Part shown: one piece after another, positions 43,966 to 53,047 of the stretch
Numbering within the stretch: the first letter of the stretch is position 1
Layout: the number at the start of each line of letters is the position of its first letter
DNA from: Candidatus Krumholzibacteriia bacterium
GTDB taxonomy: Bacteria > Krumholzibacteriota > Krumholzibacteriia > LZORAL124-64-63
Length of the DNA stretch: 64,000 nt
Direction: 5' to 3'
Assembly: GCA_041390065.1 (NCBI GenBank)
Contig: JAWKQQ010000005.1
Span: 482,500-546,499 of the forward strand
The notes under the pieces: generated by a model
The model's input: only the letters and a program-made list of their open reading frames with translations
Database searches by the model: none
What the model was told of the DNA's origin: nothing
Made by a program: the position numbers and the translations under genes

Positions 43966-44847
43966 TCAGGCCCACGGCCGGAACCCCTCGCCGATCACCT
44001 GGCTGGTGTCGAACACCATGCAGAAGGCGCGCGGGTCGATGTCCTTGATCCGCCGCTGCAGGGCCACGGCCTCGCGCACCGACAGGGCCGACAGGATCAC
44101 GTGGCGCTCCGCCTCCGGGTCGTAGAGGCCGCGCGCGCACAGGTAGGTGCCGCCACGTTCGAGGCCGTCGAGCACCGTCTCGCGGATCTCCGCGTGCTTC
44201 TCGGAGATCACCAGCACCGCCTTGCTCGCCTCCAGACCGTTGAGCGCGAGGTCGACGGTGCGGCTGATGGCGAACAGGCAGATGAGCGCGTAGGCCACCA
44301 GGTCGGGGTTGCGCCAGGTCACCAGCGCCAGGGCGATCACCACGGTGTCGGTGTAGAACATGGCCCGGCCCAGAGGCAGCTTCAGCACCCGGGCGATGAG
44401 CTGTCCCACGAGCGGCGTCCCGCCGGCGTTGCCCCGGCCCCGGAGGATCAAAGCGATGCCGCCGCCGATGCTCAGGCCGCCGAAGATCACCGACACCAGG
44501 GGATTGAGGAGCACGGGCGCGGTGCCCCGCCAGTGCGCCAGCGCATCGACGCCCACGCCGATGATGACCATGGCCAGCACGGTCTTCAGCCCGTAGCGCG
44601 GGCCCATGAGGCGGCTGGCGACGACGAGCAGCGGCAGGTTCAGCGCCAGCGATACCAGGCCCACCGGCCAACCCGTCCACTGGTTGATGATCTGGGCCAG
44701 GCCGACGACGCCGCCGGGCACCACGTCGTGCGGGATGACGAACAGGTTGAAGCCGGCCGCCACCAGGCCTGCGCCCACCACCACCCAAAGGTGGTTGAAG
44801 CACCACGCGCGCGTCCAGGCCTGCTCCGGAGCCAGCGCCTTGACCAT
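43966..44847 (-). CDS. YitT-family membrane protein (DUF2179 C-terminal domain)
   Basis: FNLFVIPHDVVPGGVVGLAQI, GRGNAGGT. C-terminal soluble domain LVISEKHAEIRETVLDGLERGGTYL. Confidence 0.85.
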   Translation of the reverse strand: MVKALAPEQAWTRAWCFNHLWVVVGAGLVAAGFNLFVIPHDVVPGGVVGLAQIINQWTGWPVGLVSLALNLPLLVVASRLMGPRYGLKTVLAMVIIGVGVDALAHWRGTAPVLLNPLVSVIFGGLSIGGGIALILRGRGNAGGTPLVGQLIARVLKLPLGRAMFYTDTVVIALALVTWRNPDLVAYALICLFAISRTVDLALNGLEASKAVLVISEKHAEIRETVLDGLERGGTYLCARGLYDPEAERHVILSALSVREAVALQRRIKDIDPRAFCMVFDTSQVIGEGFRPWA

Positions 44848-44850
44848 CGT

Positions 44851-45777
44851 CTACCTCCAGGGCTTGAAGCCCGAGCCCAGCACCTCGGCCGTGTCGAACA
44901 CCATGCAGAAGGCGTGCGGGTCGAGCCGTTCGATCTGCTTCTGCAGGGCGACGGTCTCGCGGCGGCTCAGCGCCGTGAAGATGACCTTGCGCTCCTGATC
45001 CTGACTGAACAGCCCGTGCCCGCTGAGCACGGTGCCGCCCCGGTCGAGGCCCTGCAGGATGACGCGGCGGATCTCCTCGTGGCGGTCGCTGATGATCATC
45101 AGGGCCTTGCTGGCATCCAGGCCGTTGAGGAAGGCGTCGAGCGACCGCGAGATGACGTAGATGCCGATCACCGCGTAGGGCGCGGCCTTGAGGTCGCGCA
45201 GGACCACCATGCTGGCGACCACGATCAGGCCGTCCACCCAGAGCATGCAGCGGCCCGTCGGCACGCGCGTGAGGCGGCTGAGCAGCTGGCCGACGAGCGA
45301 CGTGCCGCCGGCGTTGGCCTTGCCGCGGATGATCATGGCCACGCCGACGCCGATCATCACGCCGCCGAACACCGTGCTCACCAGGATGTCGGGGATCAGC
45401 GTGTCGGCGCCGTGCCAGGCCGCCAGGCCGTCGATCGCCAGGCTGCCGAGCACCATCGAGAGGACGGTCTTGGCGCCGAACCCCGGACCCAGGATCCGCG
45501 ACGCCAGGATCAGGATCGGCACGTTGATCACCAGCGCGGTCAGGCCCACGGGCCAGCCGGTGAGCTGATTGATGAGCTGCGCGAGGCCGATGATGCCGCC
45601 CGGCACCACGTGGTGGGGAATGATGAAGAAGTGGTAGCCGGCGGCCATGACCAGCGAGCCAGCCACCACCCAGGCGTTCTGGGCGAACCACTCGCGGGAC
45701 AAGAGGGGCGCGCCGGCGAAGAGCGCGCGGCGGAACTCGGACACGGCAGGGACCTCCGGGTTGGCGTGGCGCGCCAA
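44851..45777 (-). CDS. YitT-family membrane protein, tandem paralogue
   Basis: Same architecture as the neighbour (YHFFIIPHHVVPGGIIGLAQL, GKANAGGT, MIISDRHEEIRRVILQGLDRGGTVL). 3-nt spacer between the two genes. Confidence 0.85.
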   Translation of the reverse strand: MARHANPEVPAVSEFRRALFAGAPLLSREWFAQNAWVVAGSLVMAAGYHFFIIPHHVVPGGIIGLAQLINQLTGWPVGLTALVINVPILILASRILGPGFGAKTVLSMVLGSLAIDGLAAWHGADTLIPDILVSTVFGGVMIGVGVAMIIRGKANAGGTSLVGQLLSRLTRVPTGRCMLWVDGLIVVASMVVLRDLKAAPYAVIGIYVISRSLDAFLNGLDASKALMIISDRHEEIRRVILQGLDRGGTVLSGHGLFSQDQERKVIFTALSRRETVALQKQIERLDPHAFCMVFDTAEVLGSGFKPWR

Positions 45778-45830
45778 TACTGGGATCCGGAGGAAGGCGG
45801 GGCAAGGCCCGGGAAACGGTCAGGCCCCGG

Positions 45831-47606
45831 TCAGAACGGCCACAGCCGCGGCACGAACACCGACGCCCCCACCCAGACCAGCACGTTGAGCACCATGCCC
45901 AGCCGGACGAAGTCGCGGAAACGGTAGCCGCCGGGTCCGTAGACCAGCAGGTTGGTCTGGTAGCCGATCGGGGTGGCGAAGCAGGCCGACGCCCCGAAGC
46001 ACACCCCCACCACGAACGGCCGCGGGTCCACGCCCAGCGAGGCCGCCGTCGCGAGCGCGATCGGCGCCATCAGCACCGCCGTCGAGTTGTTGGACAGGAA
46101 GTGCGACAGCACGCTGGTCAGCACGATCAGGCCCGCCAGCACGGCATGCGGCCCCGCGCCGGCCGCCAGCGAGAGGGCGCCCTCGGCATACAGCGCGGCC
46201 GCGCCGGTGCGCGCCAACGCGTCGCCCAGGGCCAGGGTGCCCACGATCAGCACGAGCATGGGCAGGTCCAGGGAGTCGTACGCCTCGCGCGGCTTGAGGC
46301 AGCCGGTGAGCAGCATCACGAACGCCGCGCCGAGGGCCGCGGTGAGGATGTCGAGCCAGCCCAGGGCCGCCGCCCCGACCATCGCGACGAACACCGCGCC
46401 CGCGACCGGGCCCTTGCGGCGGTTCTCGATGGTGCGCACCACGTCCTCCACGACGAGCACCCCGCCGTCGGCCCGCAGACGCGCCAGCTGCCGCGTGCCG
46501 CACTGGATGAGCAGGATGTCGCCGACGTCCAGGCGCAGACGGCCCATCTGGCGCACCGAGTAGTGGGTCCGCCGCCGCTGCATGCCGATCACGTGCAGGT
46601 TGTCCATCGCGGCCAGCGGCGTGCCGTCGAGGCGCCGTCCGAGCAGGCGCGATTCCGGCGGGATCACGACCTCGACGATCTGCGAGTTGCGGTCGTACGG
46701 GTTGTCGAGCGGCTCGCCGTCCACGGTCGGCAGGGTGACGTCGTCACCGCCGAGGAGGTCGACGAGGTCGGCGGCCGTCGCGGCCACGAGCACCAGGTCG
46801 TCGGCCTCGAGAACGCAGGCGTCGGTCTCGGGATAGAGAACCTGGCCCGACCGCAGCACCTCGAACACCTCGACGTCGTCCGACCGCTGGCCGAGGGCCT
46901 GGTCGACGTCCTGGCCGATCATCGCGCTGCCCGGGGTGATCCGCAGCTCGGAGATGTAGCGGGTGCGCTCGTCCTGGCCATGGTGGTAGATGGGCGTGTG
47001 CGTGTGAGGCAGCAGACGCCGCGACAGCAGCATCAGGAGCACGGCGCCGATCACCGCCAGCGGCGCGCCCAGGCGGCTCAGCTCGAACATGCCCAACGGC
47101 GCGAGGCCCGCGCCCACCGCCAGGTCGCTGACGATGATGTTGGTGGACGTGCCGATCAGGGTCGTGGTGCCGGCCAGGATGGAGATGAACGACACCGGGA
47201 TCAGGAACTGCGCCGGCGACAGCCCGAAACGGCCGCTGACCGCCAGCAGCACCGACAGCAGCAGCACGACCACCGGCGTGTTGTTCACGAACGCGGACAG
47301 CAGGCCTGCCAGCAGGAGCGCGAGGCCGAGGATCCGGTACGGACGGCCGCCGGTCGAGTGCACGATGAGGCGGTTGAGCAGGCCCAGCGAGCCGGTGCGG
47401 GTCAGGGCCTTGGACACCACGAACAGCGCGCCCACGGTCAGGGGCGCCGGGTTGGCGAAGCCGGCCACGGCCTCGCGCGGGGTGAGCACGCCGGTGACCA
47501 TGAGCGCCACCATGATCCCCACGGCCGTCAGGTCGACGGGCAGCCGCTCGCTCGCCAGCAGCACGATGGCGGCGATCAGGATGATGGTGACCAGGACGAT
47601 GTCCAC
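45831..47606 (-). CDS. SLC13/DASS-family permease with two central TrkA-C domains
   Basis: GTG start. Membrane halves with SAFVNNTP and SHFLSNNST hairpin motifs. The central soluble region is two TrkA-C-like repeats. Confidence 0.85.
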   Translation of the reverse strand: MDIVLVTIILIAAIVLLASERLPVDLTAVGIMVALMVTGVLTPREAVAGFANPAPLTVGALFVVSKALTRTGSLGLLNRLIVHSTGGRPYRILGLALLLAGLLSAFVNNTPVVVLLLSVLLAVSGRFGLSPAQFLIPVSFISILAGTTTLIGTSTNIIVSDLAVGAGLAPLGMFELSRLGAPLAVIGAVLLMLLSRRLLPHTHTPIYHHGQDERTRYISELRITPGSAMIGQDVDQALGQRSDDVEVFEVLRSGQVLYPETDACVLEADDLVLVAATAADLVDLLGGDDVTLPTVDGEPLDNPYDRNSQIVEVVIPPESRLLGRRLDGTPLAAMDNLHVIGMQRRRTHYSVRQMGRLRLDVGDILLIQCGTRQLARLRADGGVLVVEDVVRTIENRRKGPVAGAVFVAMVGAAALGWLDILTAALGAAFVMLLTGCLKPREAYDSLDLPMLVLIVGTLALGDALARTGAAALYAEGALSLAAGAGPHAVLAGLIVLTSVLSHFLSNNSTAVLMAPIALATAASLGVDPRPFVVGVCFGASACFATPIGYQTNLLVYGPGGYRFRDFVRLGMVLNVLVWVGASVFVPRLWPF

Positions 47607-47728
47607 GCGGCGCGGCCCTTTCGGGGGCGATCGGGGTGCCTCGGGCGACGACCCCTGCGGCCGCGACCCTTCCGCACATGATCCGTTCGCCGGGGCCGAA
47701 TGGCGAGAGGAGAATTCCGGCCGGCGGC

Positions 47729-49060
47729 CTACTCCGGCGGCGCCAGATCCGGGTACAGCCGGGCCGCGCAGTCGGGGCAGATGCCGTGGCTGAAGGTGGC
47801 GTCCGAATGGGCGTCGATGTACGACTCGAGCTGGTTCCAGTACCCCTGATCGTCGCGGATCTTCTTGCAGTTGGCGCAGATCGGCAGGAGTCCGCTGAGG
47901 ACCGTGACCCGGGCCAGGTCGCGCCGCCGTTGCAGGTGAAGGCGGAGGCTGACCGCCAGCGCCGCGAGCGTGATCGCGGCCAGCGTGCCGACCAGGAACG
48001 CTCGGTACCGAGCGAACAGGCCCGGCGGCCGGTTGATGACGATGCTGCCGGCGGGCAGCTGATCGATCCGCACGCCGAAGCGGACGAGCTCGCGGAAATC
48101 GAACATGGCCTGGCTGGGGCTCTCCGCCACCACCGGGATCTCCTGCGGCGGCGTGCCGTCGAGGATCTTCAGCGCCAGATCGGCCGCGGCCTCGCCCTGC
48201 GCGAACCCGGTGGCGATCATGCCGCCGACGATCCCGTTGCCCAGGTAGAAGTCCCAGGAACCGTAGATCGGCACCGACGCCGCGCCGCGGACCATGCGGA
48301 TGCCGTCGAGGTAGCTGATGAAGCAGCCGTGGCGGTCCCGGTTGAACGCCAGCAGGTAGATCATGTCGCCGTCGCCGAGCTCGGCGACGCGGGCCGGCAC
48401 CTCGTCGAGGATGAAGTCCTGGTAGTACTCGAACGCGAGGTCGCCCTGCAGTTCGGCCACGATCGTGTCCAGCTGCGCCTTGATCGCGACACCCGTCGTC
48501 GTCCGGTCCAGGATCACCAGGACCCGACGACGGTCGGGATGCAACGTGCGCATGATGTCGATCGTCTGGCGGAAGTCGATGGCCTCGACCACGCCGGTGA
48601 AGCGGATCTGGCCCTGGAGCATCGCCGGTGTGTAGTTGTTGACCCCGCAGAAGACCACCGGGATGCCCGGATACAGCTCGTCGCCGTGCTCGACGAGGAA
48701 ACGCAGCGCGTTGTTGTCCGAGGCGATGATGACCTGGAAATCGATCCGGGCGAGCTGGGTCTTGGCGCGCTCGAAGTCCACGAGCAGGTCGAAGTACGAC
48801 TCGCCCGGGTTACGCTTGGTGTCGAGGTACTCGTAATGCACCTCGAGCTGGTCGCTGAGCGGCCGGAAGCGCGACTCGATGCCTTCGGTGATCCGGTCGG
48901 TCCAGCGGAAACCCTGGTGATAGGAATGCATGACCAGGACGTTGCGGGTCTCGAGGCCCTCGGCGACGAGGGGCAGCAGGACCAGGGCGAGGGCGAGCGC
49001 GGCCTTGGGCCGAGGGCGCGGCTGGCGCCGGTCACGCTGGTGCGAGGCTGCGGCGTGCAT
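47729..49060 (-). CDS. membrane sensor: periplasmic ABC-substrate-binding-like domain, one TM, Cys/His-rich C-terminal tail
   Basis: N-terminal signal. The periplasmic domain resembles PF04392-type binding proteins (VLVMHSYHQGFRWTD, VVFCGVNN). TM FLVGTLAAITLAALAVSL. Tail LLPICANCKKIRDDQGYWNQLESYIDAHSDATFSHGICPDCAARLYP. Confidence 0.8.
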   Translation of the reverse strand: MHAAASHQRDRRQPRPRPKAALALALVLLPLVAEGLETRNVLVMHSYHQGFRWTDRITEGIESRFRPLSDQLEVHYEYLDTKRNPGESYFDLLVDFERAKTQLARIDFQVIIASDNNALRFLVEHGDELYPGIPVVFCGVNNYTPAMLQGQIRFTGVVEAIDFRQTIDIMRTLHPDRRRVLVILDRTTTGVAIKAQLDTIVAELQGDLAFEYYQDFILDEVPARVAELGDGDMIYLLAFNRDRHGCFISYLDGIRMVRGAASVPIYGSWDFYLGNGIVGGMIATGFAQGEAAADLALKILDGTPPQEIPVVAESPSQAMFDFRELVRFGVRIDQLPAGSIVINRPPGLFARYRAFLVGTLAAITLAALAVSLRLHLQRRRDLARVTVLSGLLPICANCKKIRDDQGYWNQLESYIDAHSDATFSHGICPDCAARLYPDLAPPE

Positions 49061-49183
49061 GAGCGATGACTCTTCTCATGGGGCCGCCGGGCGGCCTGCT
49101 TCGTCATTGATCCGCGACTTTCGACATCGTAGTTCCGGCCGCCCAACGAAGTCCACCGTCAAATCCACATCCGGCGGACCCGC

Positions 49184-49915
49184 TCAGCGGGCGGCGCCGA
49201 CCCGGGCGCCTGCCGCGGCGATGTCGGCCTCGGCGGTCGCGTTCGAGGTCAGAGGCACCCGCACGCCCGGCAGCACCAGGAACTCGACCTCCCGGCTCGA
49301 GATCCCGCCGTGGGTCGAGAACGACTCCCCTTGATCCCATCGCTCCCACGGGCGATGTCCGAGCAGTTCGGCAAGCCGGATCGACCCCTCGCCCAGCCGG
49401 TCCGCCGGCCCCACGTCGGCGAACACCGCGAAGACGGTGCGCCCCCGATAGCGGACCGCCGCGAGGTCTCCCAGCGCGATGCCGAACCGCTCGGGCAAGC
49501 CCCGGGGCAGCACGATGTACGGCACCCGCTCGGCGTCGACGTACCGGTCCTGGCCCACCTGGCCGGGATACTGCAACGAGGTCGTCAGCTGGCCGTGGCG
49601 GGGATCGAGCGCACGGGCGTTCGGCGAGCCGTCGGCGTCGATCTCCAGGCCGGCCCGGATCAGGAGCGTCCCGTCGGCGAGCAGCAGCAGGGCCTCGGCG
49701 CCCAGGTACCCGTGGTGCGGGATCGCCCGCGCGCCGTCGCGGTCCAGGGTCGCGAACAGGTCCGCCGGTCGCGCCGGCCCCGTATCGACCGGCCGCGTCA
49801 CCCGCTGCGGCGCGCAACCGGGCACGAGCAGCCCGGCGGCGAGCGCCAGGGCCAGTCCGCCGCGACGCGACCCGCGGCCAGCGGCGGATCGTAGGTTCCT
49901 CGCCACCCCGGCCAT
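49184..49915 (-). CDS. GH75-like (chitosanase-like) lipoprotein
   Basis: GAGGAGG RBS, lipobox LLVPGC. EIDADGSPNA, VPYIVLP, GDLAAVRYRGRTVFAVFADVGPADRLGEGSIRLAELLG resemble the GH75 core (recalled from memory). Confidence 0.55.
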   Translation of the reverse strand: MAGVARNLRSAAGRGSRRGGLALALAAGLLVPGCAPQRVTRPVDTGPARPADLFATLDRDGARAIPHHGYLGAEALLLLADGTLLIRAGLEIDADGSPNARALDPRHGQLTTSLQYPGQVGQDRYVDAERVPYIVLPRGLPERFGIALGDLAAVRYRGRTVFAVFADVGPADRLGEGSIRLAELLGHRPWERWDQGESFSTHGGISSREVEFLVLPGVRVPLTSNATAEADIAAAGARVGAAR

Positions 49916-50015
49916 GACCTCCTCTTTTCCGGCGGACGACCTCCGCGCCGTGCTAGAATAGCCGACCGGCGTCCCGCGCTGGGCAGGGAATCGCACCGTC
50001 AAGGAGGACGGAACC

Positions 50016-51497
50016 ATGATCGACCCCGGCAACGACGTCATCCGCCGCGCCTGCACGGCGTTGCTGGTCACCTTGCTCGTCGCGGCCGTTCCGGCGGCTC
50101 CGGCCCACGCGGCCGATCGCCACGCCGAGGCCGCGGCGTTGGCGGCCGAGTCGCCGCTGGACCTCCTGCAGCGCCACGGCCTGGACCGTCGCCACCTGCG
50201 CGCGTTCACGCTGCTCAACGGGATCGCCGATGCGCGCGGGCCGCTCATCGCCGGCAAGCTCTACCGGCTGCCCGCATTCGTGGTCCCGTTCGACGGCGAG
50301 CGCGTCCAGACCTCCCTCGAGCTGCCGATGACCGAGGCGATCGACGTCCGCGACCACAACGCCTGGCTCGCCCGCGCGGGCCTCAAACCGCCCATCACCG
50401 ACGACCACGCGATCTGGGTGCCGTACGACCACGTGCTCGCGCGCGCCGAGGCCGGCCAGAGCGTGGCGGATCTGCTCGGACGCTACGCCCTGGACGGGCG
50501 CCAGCTGTCGGCCTTCGCGCAGCTCAACGGCCTGCCGCGGCCGGACGGAACGGCCGCGCTCGCCGCCGGCCGGCTCTACCGCCTGCCCGTCCACATCCGG
50601 CCGTACGCCGGCCCGACGATCCGGCAGGCCCTGTCGGTGAGCGCGGAGTCCGCCTGGCGGATCGGCGCCTACAACCGTACGCTCGCCGACCGCGGCCTCA
50701 AACCGCAGCCCTGGGACGACCATGTCGTCTGGGTGCCCTACGAGCTCCACGAGAATCCCGCGTTCGGCCGCTACTACGCGCAGTACGAGCAGGTGAGCGA
50801 CGAGCTCCGCGACTGCGTCTTCTACCTCAGCCCCGGCCACGGCGGGCCCGATCCCGGCACCTCGGCCAACCGGGAGGGCGAGAGGATCTGCGAGGACGAG
50901 TACGCCTACGACATCGCCCTGCGCCTCGGACGCGAGCTGGCGCGCCACGGCGCCCGGGTCGAGATGGTGCTCGCCGACGAGGGCATCCGCGACACCAAGT
51001 TCCTGACCTGCGATCGCGACGAGCGCTTCAGCGACGGCACGCGGATCTCCGCGGACCAGGCCACCCGGCTGCAGCAGCGTGTCGACCTGGTCAACCGGAT
51101 CGACGCCGGCCTCGACCCTTCCATGACCCATCGGCGGTTCCTGGCCATCCACATCGATTTCCGCGCGGATCGCGACCGGCGGGTCGACTTCGACCTCTAC
51201 CACCACGCGTCCAGCGAGGCCGGCCGCCGGCTGGCGGCGATCCTCCAGGCCACCATCGAACGCCACTACGACGCGCGGCTCGGCGGCCGCAACTTCGTCG
51301 GCCGGATCGTCGGCCAGACCGAGGACGCCGATTTCTACGTGATCCGCGAGACCCGCATGCCCGCCGTACTGCTGGAGCTGGCCAACATCAACAACGAGCT
51401 CGACCAGCTCAAGTTCATCGTGATCGACAGCCGGCAGCGCATCGCCGAATGGCTGTGCGAGGGGCTGATCGCCGACCGGGAGCGCGCGGCGCGCTGA
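50016..51497 (+). CDS. N-acetylmuramoyl-L-alanine amidase (Amidase_3) with duplicated N-terminal module
   Basis: AAGGAGG RBS and signal peptide. Two ~105-aa repeats, each with a LysM-like start. Amidase_3 core: YLSPGHGGPDPG, EDEYAYDIA, LAIHID, VIRETRMPAVLLELANINN. Confidence 0.85.
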   Translation: MIDPGNDVIRRACTALLVTLLVAAVPAAPAHAADRHAEAAALAAESPLDLLQRHGLDRRHLRAFTLLNGIADARGPLIAGKLYRLPAFVVPFDGERVQTSLELPMTEAIDVRDHNAWLARAGLKPPITDDHAIWVPYDHVLARAEAGQSVADLLGRYALDGRQLSAFAQLNGLPRPDGTAALAAGRLYRLPVHIRPYAGPTIRQALSVSAESAWRIGAYNRTLADRGLKPQPWDDHVVWVPYELHENPAFGRYYAQYEQVSDELRDCVFYLSPGHGGPDPGTSANREGERICEDEYAYDIALRLGRELARHGARVEMVLADEGIRDTKFLTCDRDERFSDGTRISADQATRLQQRVDLVNRIDAGLDPSMTHRRFLAIHIDFRADRDRRVDFDLYHHASSEAGRRLAAILQATIERHYDARLGGRNFVGRIVGQTEDADFYVIRETRMPAVLLELANINNELDQLKFIVIDSRQRIAEWLCEGLIADRERAAR

Positions 51498-51509
51498 CGG
51501 GCCCGCGGC

Positions 51510-51638
51510 TCAATCCACCCGCACCACCACGGGCTTGTTCAGCTCGGCGATGATCACGGTGGCCAGGCTGGCGGCCATGAGCACCGCCAGGAACACCACG
51601 ATCCAGATCCACGGACGGTCGTGCAGCCACTTGCGCAT
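51510..51638 (-). CDS. small membrane protein (42 aa) coupled to ccoG
   Basis: The ATG overlaps the ccoG stop (ATGA). Single TM WIWIVVFLAVLMAASLATVII. It sits where FixH/CcoH is usually found but is much shorter. Confidence 0.4.
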   Translation of the reverse strand: MRKWLHDRPWIWIVVFLAVLMAASLATVIIAELNKPVVVRVD

Positions 51639-53047
51639 CAGGGCCCCAGGAAGCGCACCTGCACCCGTTGGACGGTGCCGGTGGCGGAATCGGTGACGGC
51701 GATGTGGAACGCCTGCGGCGCCGAGTAGTCGGCGCGCGGCACGGTCACGAACAGCGGCACCCTCGCCTCCCCCAGGGCGGCGAGGCGCACCCGGTCCTGG
51801 GGAACGATGAACTCGGCGCGGTCGCCCAGCACGGCCACGTCGGCGTCCGGCGCCACCAGGAAGGTGCGATCCTCGTCGCTCTTGTTCTGGACGAAGATGG
51901 TGTAGAGGTTGCGGACGCCGTCCTCGGTCAGGGTGTAGGGCAGGCCGCGTGCGCGCAGGCTGCCGACCTGGAAGAAGGTGCGCTCTCCGGCCTGCCAGGC
52001 GAAGAAGCCCACGCCCACCAGCGCGGCCACCAGGTAGACGAGCAGCCGCGCCCGCAGCGGCTTGCGGCGCTCGCCTGCGAAGCCGCGCTGGCTGTCGTAG
52101 CGGATGAGCCCGCGGGGTTTGCCGATCTTGTCCATCACCGTGTCGCAGGCGTCGACGCAGTTCGAGCAGGCGATGCACTCCATCTGCAGGCCGTTGCGGA
52201 TATCGATGCCGGTGGGGCAGACGTTGACGCAGCGCAGGCAGTCGATGCAGTCGCCGTTGCCCTCCTTGTTGAGCTGGCCGCGGGGCTCGCCACGCCGCTC
52301 GTCGTAGCCGATGATGATGGTCTCGGGGTCGATGAGGGTGCTCTGCAGGCGGCCGTAGGGACAGATGATCAGGCAGGTCTGCTCGCGGAACCAGGCGTAG
52401 TTGAAGTAGAGGACGCCGGTCCACGCCATGCCCCAGATGAAGGCCGGCATGTGCGACGCCGGCGACCGACGCACCGCCTCCAGCAGGTTCTCCACCGGCA
52501 TGAAGTAGGCGATGAACGCGTGGGCGAAGATCCAGCACAAGGCGATGAACACCATGTGCTTGAGCGCCTTGCGCAGGAACTTGTCGCCGGTCAGGGGGCC
52601 GAGGTTGCGCTGGATGCGGCGCCCCCGCGGTCCCTCGATCCAGCGCTCGATCCGCCGGAACACGCCCTCCATGAACACCGTCTGCGGGCAGGCGAAACCG
52701 CACCAGACGCGGCCGTAGAGGCTGGTGGCCACGAACAGGGTGAGCCCGAATCCCAGCAGCAGGAAGAAGATGAGGTAGAAATCCTGATTGGTGAAGGTGC
52801 CGCCGAACAGGTGGGCGGCGCGCTGGCCGATGTCGAAGAGGACGGCCGGGTGACCGCCGATCTTCACGAACGGCAGCCCGAGGTAGATCACCAGCAGGAT
52901 CGACCAGATCACGTTCTTGCGGACCTGCCAGCGGCCCTGCACGTCGGCCGGGTGCAGGAAGTTTCGCGACCCGTCCGAGTTGATCGTGTACATGGTGTCC
53001 AGGTCCGGCTTGCGGACGCCGCCGGACCTGGCGTTGGCCTGGCTCAC
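51638..53047 (-). CDS. ccoG: cbb3 oxidase accessory 4Fe-4S protein CcoG/FixG
   Basis: GRVWCGFACPQT, CIDCLRCVNVCPTGIDIR, CIACSNCVDAC. The GTG start overlaps the ccoP stop (GTGA) and follows GGGGAGA. Confidence 0.85.
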   Translation of the reverse strand: MSQANARSGGVRKPDLDTMYTINSDGSRNFLHPADVQGRWQVRKNVIWSILLVIYLGLPFVKIGGHPAVLFDIGQRAAHLFGGTFTNQDFYLIFFLLLGFGLTLFVATSLYGRVWCGFACPQTVFMEGVFRRIERWIEGPRGRRIQRNLGPLTGDKFLRKALKHMVFIALCWIFAHAFIAYFMPVENLLEAVRRSPASHMPAFIWGMAWTGVLYFNYAWFREQTCLIICPYGRLQSTLIDPETIIIGYDERRGEPRGQLNKEGNGDCIDCLRCVNVCPTGIDIRNGLQMECIACSNCVDACDTVMDKIGKPRGLIRYDSQRGFAGERRKPLRARLLVYLVAALVGVGFFAWQAGERTFFQVGSLRARGLPYTLTEDGVRNLYTIFVQNKSDEDRTFLVAPDADVAVLGDRAEFIVPQDRVRLAALGEARVPLFVTVPRADYSAPQAFHIAVTDSATGTVQRVQVRFLGP

